The position numbers and the translations under genes are program-made. The notes under the pieces were generated by a model. It made no database searches. It had not been told where the DNA came from and saw only the letters and a list, made by a program, of their open reading frames with translations. This document shows, piece by piece, positions 1 through 7,844 of a stretch of DNA of 64,000 nucleotides (position 1 is the first letter of the stretch; every line of letters begins with the position of its first letter). The stretch is from Gammaproteobacteria bacterium (GTDB lineage Bacteria; Pseudomonadota; Gammaproteobacteria; DASZBR01), in assembly GCA_035943935.1 (NCBI GenBank), contig DASZBR010000006.1, forward strand, positions 67,633-131,632. The letters are read 5' to 3'.

Positions 1-220
1 CAACATTATGGTAACGTTTTGATAGAGGTTTGTGGTGGGTAAAATTATCCATTCCCATTACATAGATAGCTTTTGGTTCAATACTGAGTCTAATTTGTCC
101 GATACGCCATCTATCCGCATACAAATCATAAAAGTTAATGCAATTACTTTGTGTGAGACGAACCTCGTCGGGTTTGACTCTGACACCTTTTGGGGTAATG
201 ATTTCTGTTAATAGCTGCAT
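1..220 (-). CDS. Hypothetical protein, N-terminal part only; the CDS continues past the window start
   Basis: ATG at 220..218 on the minus strand opens an uninterrupted 73-codon frame running off the window edge (MQLLTEIITPKGVRVKPDEVRL...). It is divergent from tadA. I recognise no family. Confidence 0.35.
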   Translation of the reverse strand, partial: MQLLTEIITPKGVRVKPDEVRLTQSNCINFYDLYADRWRIGQIRLSIEPKAIYVMGMDNFTHHKPLSKRYHNV

Positions 221-247
221 AGATATTCTCTCGAGAGGAAACTTTTA

Positions 248-664
248 GTGGATGACGCGATTTGGATGAATTATGCGCTGGCATTAGCAAAACGAGCAAG
301 AGAAAAAGGCGAGGTTCCTATTGGAGCAATAGTTGTATTGGATAATAAAATTATAGGTCGTGGATATAATTCACCCATTTCTAAATTAGACCCGACGGCG
401 CATGCAGAAATCATGGCTTTAAGATCAGCTGCCAAAAAACTTAAAAATTATAGATTAGTGGGAGCGACGTTGTATGTTACGTTAGAGCCTTGTTCGATGT
501 GTGCGTCTGCCATGATTCATGCGAGAATTAAGCGCTGTGTCTATGGCGCGGTGGATCCGAAAAAAGCATTAAATATAACCAATCATACGGTTAATTATAC
601 AGGCAGTATTTTGGCTGAAGAATGTGGGGAAGTCTTGAAATTATTTTTTAGGGAGAAGCGTTAA
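248..664 (+). CDS. tadA: tRNA-specific adenosine deaminase (CMP/dCMP deaminase fold)
   Basis: HAE...PCxxC zinc-binding motifs (HAEIMALR, LEPCSMCASAM). 138 aa, typical TadA size. Confidence 0.85.
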   Translation: MDDAIWMNYALALAKRAREKGEVPIGAIVVLDNKIIGRGYNSPISKLDPTAHAEIMALRSAAKKLKNYRLVGATLYVTLEPCSMCASAMIHARIKRCVYGAVDPKKALNITNHTVNYTGSILAEECGEVLKLFFREKR

Positions 665-1212
665 TGGTCAAAATTATAGTTCCTATTATTGCAGTATTAT
701 TTTCTACAGTGGTTTTTGCACAAGACAAACCCGAGGCGGCTAAACCAGAGCCTAAGTTTGTGATGACCCAGCCGTTGGCAGATGCGTTACAGCCGGTGAA
801 TGGGAAAGTGCTTGAAACTAAAACGTTTGGTAATGTGACTGTCGTTCATGCAAGCGTTACAGGCGCTGATCACAGTGATGCCTATTTTATTGTGGCAAAA
901 GATAAAGTATTTGATATTGATGACTATTCAAATCTGTCGCAACTCAATCTGAAATCACAACCTAGCTTTGCTCAACTTGCACAAAAATATCCTAATATTG
1001 GTATCTGGCCGGGAAGTCATATGTTTCCAAAAAGTGAGACATTAGCCGGTGGAGTCACACAGCTTATTTTTACCTACTCTTTACTGAATGGCTGCCATGC
1101 GTGTGAATTGGGTGGAATTGCCAATGTAGGATTTAATTTCGATAAAGACGGAAATTATCTGGGTGAACAATTATTAGCGCTCTCGCCACCACCGTATTCA
1201 GCCAGCAAGTAG
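664..1212 (+). CDS. Hypothetical exported protein
   Basis: N-terminal signal peptide MVKIIVPIIAVLFSTVVFAQ. Overlaps the tadA stop (TAATG). No recognisable family. Confidence 0.6.
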   Translation: MVKIIVPIIAVLFSTVVFAQDKPEAAKPEPKFVMTQPLADALQPVNGKVLETKTFGNVTVVHASVTGADHSDAYFIVAKDKVFDIDDYSNLSQLNLKSQPSFAQLAQKYPNIGIWPGSHMFPKSETLAGGVTQLIFTYSLLNGCHACELGGIANVGFNFDKDGNYLGEQLLALSPPPYSASK

Positions 1213-1863
1213 TGCTTTTCGAAAGGCATTAATGGTTGTTTTGTAGTTTTTTGTCTTAAAAATAGCAGAGCCGGCCACAAAAATCGTCGCGCCGGCTTTT
1301 GCTACTTTATCTATATTATCCAGTTTAATTCCGCCATCTACGGCTATAGCAATATTTTTTTTATGTTCATGAATCATATTTTTTGCAAGTTTTATTTTAT
1401 CAATACTCTCGGGTATAAACGCTTGGCCTGCGAAACCTGGATTAACGGACATGATCAATATTTCATCAAGCTGATCTTTGTGATTGTCTAAATAATGTAG
1501 CGATGTTGTGGGATTAAAAGCGAGTCCCGCTTTGCAGTGATGTTTTTTAATTAGGCTGAGGCTGTGAGTAATATTATCTGTTGCTTCGGGATGAAACGTA
1601 ATGACACTAGCGCCTGCTTTTGCAAAATCTTCTATCAACCTATCTACGGGTTGCGTCATGAGATGGACATCTATTTCTGCTTTAATACCGTAATTTCTCA
1701 ACGCTTGGCAGACTAAAGGGCCTATCGTGAGATTGGGAACATAATGGTTATCCATGACATCAAAGTGAATGCGGTCTGCACCCGCTTTGAGGACATCTTC
1801 ACATTCTTTGCCTAATGTGGCGAAATTTGCTGAGAGAATGGATGCAGAAAGTAAACAAGTCAT
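1198..1863 (-). CDS. rpe: Ribulose-phosphate 3-epimerase
   Basis: Strong Rpe similarity (SILSANF, HFDVMDNHYVPNLTIGP, MSVNPGFAGQ). The ORF-track frame extends to 1980, but the conserved N-terminus begins at the internal ATG 1863 (MTCLLSASILS). Confidence 0.85.
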   Translation of the reverse strand: MTCLLSASILSANFATLGKECEDVLKAGADRIHFDVMDNHYVPNLTIGPLVCQALRNYGIKAEIDVHLMTQPVDRLIEDFAKAGASVITFHPEATDNITHSLSLIKKHHCKAGLAFNPTTSLHYLDNHKDQLDEILIMSVNPGFAGQAFIPESIDKIKLAKNMIHEHKKNIAIAVDGGIKLDNIDKVAKAGATIFVAGSAIFKTKNYKTTINAFRKALLAG

Positions 1864-1907
1864 TGTATGATACGCCTTTTCCGTCGAACTCTTTAAGGAT
1901 ACAGAAG

Positions 1908-2816
1908 ATGAAAGTGAAAAAAAAGCAGCGCGTGAAACGATTATTTCGTTCTGCAAAACAAGAGCTGAAACATGCCACACGGATACATGCCACTACGCAG
2001 GCGACATCCTCCGCGTATCGACTAGCGTTTATTGACCAAGATTTTTTATTGCGACGAGAACTGCGCGCGGTACGATTGCAGTTGGAGCTCTTAAAACCAG
2101 AATTGATACAGCACGATGCTAAAATTAAAGCAACAGTGGTTGTTTTCGGAAGCGCACGGATTCCTGAGCCGGCTGTTGCAAAAAATCGTTTAGAAATTGC
2201 CCAAACACTACTTTTAAAAGATCCACAAGACAAAGCATTGGAGCGTCAAGTTAAAATTGCGGAAAGTTTAGTTAAAAAAAGCCATTATTATGACGAAGCG
2301 CGCAAATTAGGACGATTAATTTCTAAAGAAGGCAAAGATGAATTTGGAAATCCCTATGTGGTTGTAACGGGCGGTGGTCCTGGAATTATGGAAGGTGCTA
2401 ATCGTGGTGCGCATGATGTACATGCGAAAAACATTGGATTAAATATTGTTTTGCCGATGGAGCAGGGACCCAACCCCTATATTACCCCCGAATTTTGTTT
2501 TCAATTTCACTATTTTGCTATTCGTAAAATGCATTTTTTAATTCGTGCTAAAGCACTGGTGATATTCCCCGGTGGATACGGAACATTTGATGAATTGTTC
2601 GAGACGCTTACCTTGGTTCAAACAAAAAAAATTGAACGCATGCCGATAGTATTAGTGGGTAAAGAATATTGGAATAAACTGATCAATTTTCAAATGATGG
2701 TAGATGAAGGCGTTGTGGATCAGGAGGATCTAAAATTATTTACATTTGTTGAAAATGCGGAAGAAGCGTGGAGTGTGATCCAAGGGTTTTATTCCAATGC
2801 GTCAAAGCCAACTTAA
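1908..2816 (+). CDS. LOG-family (TIGR00730 / lysine-decarboxylase-like, PpnN-like) nucleotide-binding protein
   Basis: GGGPGIMEGANRGA and PGGYGTFDELFE motifs, which are diagnostic of the LOG/Rossmann nucleotide 5'-monophosphate nucleosidase family. The start is placed at ATG 1908 (AAGGA upstream) to avoid overlapping the divergent rpe. Confidence 0.65.
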   Translation: MKVKKKQRVKRLFRSAKQELKHATRIHATTQATSSAYRLAFIDQDFLLRRELRAVRLQLELLKPELIQHDAKIKATVVVFGSARIPEPAVAKNRLEIAQTLLLKDPQDKALERQVKIAESLVKKSHYYDEARKLGRLISKEGKDEFGNPYVVVTGGGPGIMEGANRGAHDVHAKNIGLNIVLPMEQGPNPYITPEFCFQFHYFAIRKMHFLIRAKALVIFPGGYGTFDELFETLTLVQTKKIERMPIVLVGKEYWNKLINFQMMVDEGVVDQEDLKLFTFVENAEEAWSVIQGFYSNASKPT

Positions 2817-3647
2817 TAATGCTTTCGCAAAAGGTTCCGGTGTAATTTCGGGAAAAAATGAAACGCCGGTTCCCAGATCAATGGTCGTCAGTTGAGTGAG
2901 ATTGTTTTTTGCCCAGTTGACGGTATGTGCATCACCCATAAAACCGGGTTGTACGTGGATTAATAATTTTCGAATGCGAGTGTTTTGAAGCCAGTTTGAA
3001 TATTTTTCAATAAATGGGATATTTGAGCTTTTTGAATTGATATAAACAAGATCGAGCATTGTTTGTAAAAGTACTTCTCGACCTTCTTTTGTGTCATATA
3101 TTTCATGATAATACGTTAGCGCTTCGGGTGAAATTTTACCATCGCGAGAATGTCGAATGATTTTCTCAACGACAATATTTCTGTCGATGTACATTTTTTG
3201 CAGTGTTTCAGGTTCTCGTTTTAGTCCAATCTTAAGTTCTTGAAGCAACATAGGAATTTCCTGAAGGTTTTTTTTAATATACAGATAGGGATCTGCTAAA
3301 ACCAAACCTGCAATTTTTTCAGGATGTTTTTGTGCATAAGCAAGTCCAATAATTGAACCCCAGCCATACATGACCAATGTAATATTAGTATGCTTTAGCG
3401 TATCAATAAATGATTCTAGATACAGTAATTGATTCGCGGTAGTGTAATCAATATTCGGTTTATCTGATTCGCCCATTCCGATAAAATCAACAGCAATGCA
3501 GCGTGCGTTGACAGAAGCGAAAGAAATAACATCACGCCACATATAACTCGACGCAGATAAGCCATGTAGAAATAAAATTGTTTTGCCTTCGCCTTCCTCA
3601 ATATAGTGCATGTTTACACCTCGCACTAAAACCTTTTTTGATTCCAT
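2802..3647 (-). CDS. Alpha/beta-hydrolase, haloalkane-dehalogenase-like (paralog 1)
   Basis: FLHGLSASSYMWR...CIAVDFIGMGESDKP, typical of the haloalkane dehalogenase/epoxide hydrolase N-terminus. Start chosen at the internal ATG 3647 (MESKKVLVRGVNMHYIEEG) by alignment with the paralogs. Confidence 0.7.
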   Translation of the reverse strand: MESKKVLVRGVNMHYIEEGEGKTILFLHGLSASSYMWRDVISFASVNARCIAVDFIGMGESDKPNIDYTTANQLLYLESFIDTLKHTNITLVMYGWGSIIGLAYAQKHPEKIAGLVLADPYLYIKKNLQEIPMLLQELKIGLKREPETLQKMYIDRNIVVEKIIRHSRDGKISPEALTYYHEIYDTKEGREVLLQTMLDLVYINSKSSNIPFIEKYSNWLQNTRIRKLLIHVQPGFMGDAHTVNWAKNNLTQLTTIDLGTGVSFFPEITPEPFAKALLSWL

Positions 3648-3648
3648 A

Positions 3649-4503
3649 TTAGAGCCATTCCAATAAGGCTTTTGCGAAAGGTTCTGGTGAAAGCTCAGGG
3701 AAGAATGAAATACCCGCCCCAACATTTACTGCAGTAAATTCAGAGAAATTTTTATTCGCCCAATTCAGTGTGTCTGTATCACCCACGAATCCGGGTTTAA
3801 CATACATCATTAATTTTCGGATGGGGGTTTTTTTAAGCCACTCTGCATAGCTTTCAATAATGGGTATGGCAGTACTTTTGGGATTGACGTAAGGGTTGTC
3901 GAGCATAGTTCGGATAAAAATTTCGCGACTTTCTTTTGTGTTGTAGATCTTGGAATAATAATCCATGGCTTCTTGTGGAAGTTTATTCATGCGCGACGCG
4001 CGAATAATTTTTTCAACCAAATGATTGTTTTCATCAATATATTTTTTCCGTAAGATTTCGGGGTCATTTTTTGAAAGAGCACTGATTTCTTGAAACACCA
4101 TGGGAACATCTTGAAGATTTTTTTTCATGCGTACATAAGGATCGGCGAAAACTAAGCCTGCAATTTTTTCAGGATGTTTTTGTGCATACGCAAAACCTAT
4201 AATCGATGCCCAGCCATACATAACCAACGTAATATCGGAAAGAGCTAATGCATCAATAAAAGCTTCCAGGAAATATATTTGATCACTTGTATCGTAATCC
4301 AATTTGGGTTTATCTGATTCACCCATGCCAATGAAATCTACTGCAATACATCTGGCTTTTGCAGAAATTTGTGAGATAACAGAACGCCACATGTAGCTTG
4401 ACGCAGATAATCCATGTAGAAATAAAACCGTTTTGCCTTGACCCTCTTCGAGATAATGTAGGTTGGCACCGTGAGTAGAGATAGATTTCGATTCCATAAT
4501 CAA
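3649..4503 (-). CDS. Alpha/beta-hydrolase, haloalkane-dehalogenase-like (paralog 2, tandem)
   Basis: About 60% identical to the downstream paralog over its whole length (same FLHGLSASSYMWR / DFIGMGESDKP / MYGW.SIIG motifs). Its stop is 1 nt from the next gene's start. Confidence 0.7.
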   Translation of the reverse strand: MIMESKSISTHGANLHYLEEGQGKTVLFLHGLSASSYMWRSVISQISAKARCIAVDFIGMGESDKPKLDYDTSDQIYFLEAFIDALALSDITLVMYGWASIIGFAYAQKHPEKIAGLVFADPYVRMKKNLQDVPMVFQEISALSKNDPEILRKKYIDENNHLVEKIIRASRMNKLPQEAMDYYSKIYNTKESREIFIRTMLDNPYVNPKSTAIPIIESYAEWLKKTPIRKLMMYVKPGFVGDTDTLNWANKNFSEFTAVNVGAGISFFPELSPEPFAKALLEWL

Positions 4504-4512
4504 TAAAACTCC

Positions 4513-4824
4513 TTATGTTTTGTTCCTAACAGTTGTTTTTTCCAGGGCGAGTAATCGTTTTTTCTTGTCCAACAATTTACCATGAGTGTGTCCAAAATAA
4601 CCACCCAAATTATTTTTCCCAACGACGCGATGGCAGGGGATGATAATGGGAAGAGGGTTGGCGCGGCAGGCTTGACCAATAGCGCGTGGATGGGAATTTA
4701 ATTTTTTGGCGAGTTCGGAATAAGTGACAGTCTTGCCGGGCGAAATTTTTAAGAGTTCCGCCCAAACACGTTTTTGAAAATCAGTGCCAGTGAGATTACT
4801 CAGCAGAGAGTTTTTCGTCGACAT
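4513..4824 (-). CDS. ogt: Methylated-DNA-[protein]-cysteine S-methyltransferase, DNA-binding/active-site domain (Ogt/MGMT C-terminal-domain protein)
   Basis: PCHRVV active-site motif ([17 protein letters not shown]) and an MGMT helix-turn-helix region. It is short (about 100 aa), so a single-domain protein. The start is uncertain: ATG 4824 overlaps the rplS 3' end by 29 nt. Confidence 0.6.
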   Translation of the reverse strand: MSTKNSLLSNLTGTDFQKRVWAELLKISPGKTVTYSELAKKLNSHPRAIGQACRANPLPIIIPCHRVVGKNNLGGYFGHTHGKLLDKKKRLLALEKTTVRNKT

Positions 4825-5185
4825 TGTCAGATTTCCGTTTCGACAATTTTTCTTTAATGCGGGCAGCACGGCCACTTAATTCACGTAAGTGATACAGTTT
4901 TGCTTTACGTACATCACCACGACGCACAACTTTAATTGAAGCAATAACAGGGCTGTGGGTTTGAAATACACGTTCAACCCCTTCACCATAGGAAATTTTA
5001 CGTACGGTAAAGGCTGAATTTAAACCACGGTTGCGTTTTGCAATCACAATACCTTCAAAAGCTTGCAAACGTTCGCGGTCGCCTTCTTTGACTTTCACTT
5101 GGACAGATACTGTGTCGCCTGAGCGAAAGGTCGGAACGTCTGAACGTAATTGAGCTGTTTCAAGTGCCTCAATAATCTTACTCAT
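4796..5185 (-). CDS. rplS: 50S ribosomal protein L19
   Basis: Near-identical core to E. coli L19 ([37 protein letters not shown]). Confidence 0.95.
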   Translation of the reverse strand: MSKIIEALETAQLRSDVPTFRSGDTVSVQVKVKEGDRERLQAFEGIVIAKRNRGLNSAFTVRKISYGEGVERVFQTHSPVIASIKVVRRGDVRKAKLYHLRELSGRAARIKEKLSKRKSDNVDEKLSAE

Positions 5186-5864
5186 TTTTACTACTCCTCT
5201 TTAACAAGTCGGGTCGCTTTAGTGTTGTTTTCAATAAAGCTTGTTCTTTTCGCCACTTCAAAATGGCTTGGTGGTCACCGCTTAACAAAACGTCTGGTAC
5301 GCGTTGTCCATCAATTTCTTCAGGTCGAGTATAGTGGGGATAATCCAGCAAATCCTCACTAAATGAATCTTGGGAAGCCGATTCAGCATCTCCTAATACA
5401 TCAGGTAATAATCGTGTAATACCGTCTATCATTACCATTGCAGCGAATTCACCGCCACTTAATACATAATTACCGATGGACCATTCTTCATCGATATCAT
5501 GTTCTATAATTCGTTCATCGATACCTTCATATCGACCGCTGATTAATATCAGTTCTTGTTGTGTCGCAAAATCTTTCAGTGCAGCTTGGTCTATCAATTT
5601 TCCCTGCGGCGATAAATAAATGACTTTACCCCTATTACTTTTTTTTATTTTTTCAAGGGAGTCACGCAAGGGTTGAACTTGCATCACCATCCCAGGACCA
5701 CCCCCATAAGGGCGATCGTCAACGCGTCCTGTTTTATCGTCCGTAAAATCTCGAGGATTCCAATAATTGACTTGGATACGTTTATTTTTCTTGGCGCGCC
5801 CTACAATGCCGTAATCCAATGCGCTGAACATTTCAGGAAAGAGGCTGACGATGTCAAATTTCAT
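5178..5864 (-). CDS. trmD: tRNA (guanine37-N1)-methyltransferase
   Basis: TrmD motifs ([22 protein letters not shown]). Conserved rimM-trmD-rplS order. Confidence 0.9.
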   Translation of the reverse strand: MKFDIVSLFPEMFSALDYGIVGRAKKNKRIQVNYWNPRDFTDDKTGRVDDRPYGGGPGMVMQVQPLRDSLEKIKKSNRGKVIYLSPQGKLIDQAALKDFATQQELILISGRYEGIDERIIEHDIDEEWSIGNYVLSGGEFAAMVMIDGITRLLPDVLGDAESASQDSFSEDLLDYPHYTRPEEIDGQRVPDVLLSGDHQAILKWRKEQALLKTTLKRPDLLKRSSKNE

Positions 5865-6360
5865 GCCAATCGACTCGCATTACCTTTTTTATTAAATTAA
5901 TTTCCATAATATATCTGTTAATTATATAGGGTATTAATATTTCTTTTTTATGTTCTTGATTTTTTACAACAACAATATCATTCGCGCCCGTATTAAATAT
6001 ATCTACTATTTTTCCTAGAAATTTTTTTTCAAGATTATAAACATCGAGTCCAATTAAATCTGTCCAATAATATTCATCTTTTTTAAGCGCAGGTAACTGA
6101 GTGCGTTCAATCCAGATCTCTTCATTGGTTGCGGGTTTTTGTTTTTCATCAAATAACGCAATAATTTTTTTGCCTAATAATTTACATTCCACTATGTTGA
6201 GTGGCTTCTTATTTTTATCATACCAAGGGTGATAATTTATTATGTTGGCCGAAGGTTCAGTGAATGAATGGATTGATACAAATCCTTTTATTCCATGCAC
6301 CCGGCCAATTTTGCCAATTAATATCCAGGTATTATTCAGCGGTTTTTCCTGCAGCTTCAT
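5854..6360 (-). CDS. rimM: 16S rRNA processing protein RimM
   Basis: [13 protein letters not shown] motif, PRC-barrel C-terminus. Operon position between rpsP and trmD. Confidence 0.9.
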   Translation of the reverse strand: MKLQEKPLNNTWILIGKIGRVHGIKGFVSIHSFTEPSANIINYHPWYDKNKKPLNIVECKLLGKKIIALFDEKQKPATNEEIWIERTQLPALKKDEYYWTDLIGLDVYNLEKKFLGKIVDIFNTGANDIVVVKNQEHKKEILIPYIINRYIMEINLIKKVMRVDWHEI

Positions 6361-6592
6361 ATTCTTTTAATAAATGAGACACGCGCTCAGATAATTGCGC
6401 GCCTTTTGAAACCCAATGAGTAATGCGATCGGTTTCAATGTGCAAACGAATTTCGCCGCCTGTCGCAATAGGGTTAAAATAACCGACGCGTTCAGTATTG
6501 CGGCCATCACGTGGATGACGGCTATCGGTTACAACTATGGTGTAAAAGGGACGGTTTTTGGCACCGCCTCGTGATAATCGAATCGTAAGCAT
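6332..6592 (-). CDS. rpsP: 30S ribosomal protein S16
   Basis: [17 protein letters not shown], the conserved S16 N-terminus. Confidence 0.95.
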   Translation of the reverse strand: MLTIRLSRGGAKNRPFYTIVVTDSRHPRDGRNTERVGYFNPIATGGEIRLHIETDRITHWVSKGAQLSERVSHLLKEYEAAGKTAE

Positions 6593-6652
6593 GTAACGTC
6601 ATTCCTCTTGTCATCTAAAAAGACTGCGAATTCTACGTGAAATTGAGGTGGG

Positions 6653-6681
6653 TTGCAAAGTACTGTCGCGCATTTTAGACT
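6653..6681 (+). promoter_or_regulatory. Putative sigma70 promoter for icmP/dotM (TTGCAA-17 bp-TAGACT)
   Basis: -35 TTGCAA 6653-6658, 17-nt spacer, -10 TAGACT 6676-6681. RBS AGAGAGGAG 6-14 nt upstream of ATG 6712. Confidence 0.4.
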
Positions 6682-6711
6682 GATGGACTGAATGGACAGA
6701 GAGGAGCACCG

Positions 6712-7842
6712 ATGGCAGCTCAACAGCAATCGCAACAAGGAGGGGGAGATAATTCGCTTGCTGCCCTGTGGCTCACCGTTTTCTTCCTGGCTGTTGCCGC
6801 TACGATTGTATATGTATTTCGCCTTCAACTTGCTTGGTTTGTCATTAATTTGAAGTATATGGAATTGTCTGTCGTCAGCCTGTTCTTATCGAGTACGGTT
6901 CCCCTCAATCAGGCTATGGGGCAGATTGATCCCAATTCGCTCTCAATGAATGGTGCAATGGCCATTTTGACGCAAGTAGGGGATTATATCCGCTATCCCT
7001 TTGGTCTTATCTTACTCATCCTTTCCATTATATTGTTTTACGGGCATCCCTCTCTTCGATTCAAAAAAATTCATACAATGAAGTCATTGATGGAGCAGGA
7101 AAAGTTTAATTGGCCACAAATCATGCCTGTGTGCCAAGTTGATATTGTAAAAGAGCCCTTGGAAAAAGGACCTTGGTCGATGTCATTGACGCCGATGCTA
7201 TTCGCTAAAAAGAACCATTTGCTTTACGAAGAGCGAGAAGTGGGCGGAAAAGTACAGATAGGAGAGATGCGAGAGCGCATCAATGTTGGGCTGCTTCGCT
7301 CTGAGGCCCACCAAGTCTTTGCGATGCAATTGGGGCCTAATTGGCAGGGCGTTGAACGATTGCCTATACATACTAAGGCATTATTTGCAGTTTTTGCTTG
7401 CCGCGCCAACCGAGATGAACCTAGCGCTAAGGCCATTCTCGATAAAGTGGCTACGTCTTCTCCTACCGGCTCACTGGATTTCTCAGGCGTAGAAGAGACG
7501 CTGGATCGTTATAAAGATACCGTATTGGTTAAACGTGCGATTGAACGCCATGCATTTGTATTAACCGTAATGGCATCGATGCTGGAATTGGCGCGTCAAG
7601 ATGGTGTTTTAGCCTCTGCTGATTTCTTATGGTTAAAAATCGTTGATAGACCACTTTGGTTTATGTTGAATGCAGTGGGAAGACAGACGCCGCCGTCTGA
7701 AGTGGCTGGACCTGTTGCACACTGGTTGGCCGAGAAAAAGCTCGGTCGACATATCAGTGTGCCTATGGTGGAAGAAGCCGTAAAAGCATTGGAAGCGGCA
7801 CTGAAAGAGATCATTTATGTTCCAGACAAAGAGGAACAATAG
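6712..7842 (+). CDS. icmP: Type IVB secretion system coupling-complex protein DotM/IcmP
   Basis: 376 aa (Legionella DotM is about 380 aa). N-terminal Gln-rich start followed by two TM helices, then a soluble domain. It is followed 3 nt later by a DotL-like ATPase, which matches the icmP-icmO gene order. Confidence 0.7.
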   Translation: MAAQQQSQQGGGDNSLAALWLTVFFLAVAATIVYVFRLQLAWFVINLKYMELSVVSLFLSSTVPLNQAMGQIDPNSLSMNGAMAILTQVGDYIRYPFGLILLILSIILFYGHPSLRFKKIHTMKSLMEQEKFNWPQIMPVCQVDIVKEPLEKGPWSMSLTPMLFAKKNHLLYEEREVGGKVQIGEMRERINVGLLRSEAHQVFAMQLGPNWQGVERLPIHTKALFAVFACRANRDEPSAKAILDKVATSSPTGSLDFSGVEETLDRYKDTVLVKRAIERHAFVLTVMASMLELARQDGVLASADFLWLKIVDRPLWFMLNAVGRQTPPSEVAGPVAHWLAEKKLGRHISVPMVEEAVKALEAALKEIIYVPDKEEQ

Positions 7843-7844
7843 CG

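Noticed and set aside
1799-2233. 144-aa ORF on the minus strand overlapping rpe and the LOG-family gene
   Set aside because: It lies fully antisense to, or overlapping, two well-supported genes. It has low-complexity composition and no recognisable motifs. Treated as a spurious shadow ORF. The same reasoning applies to other short antisense ORFs in the track, such as 3416-3601, 6535-6828, 8330-8611, 9707-9925, 38381-38689, 49395-49583, 54788-55102 and 61026-61313.
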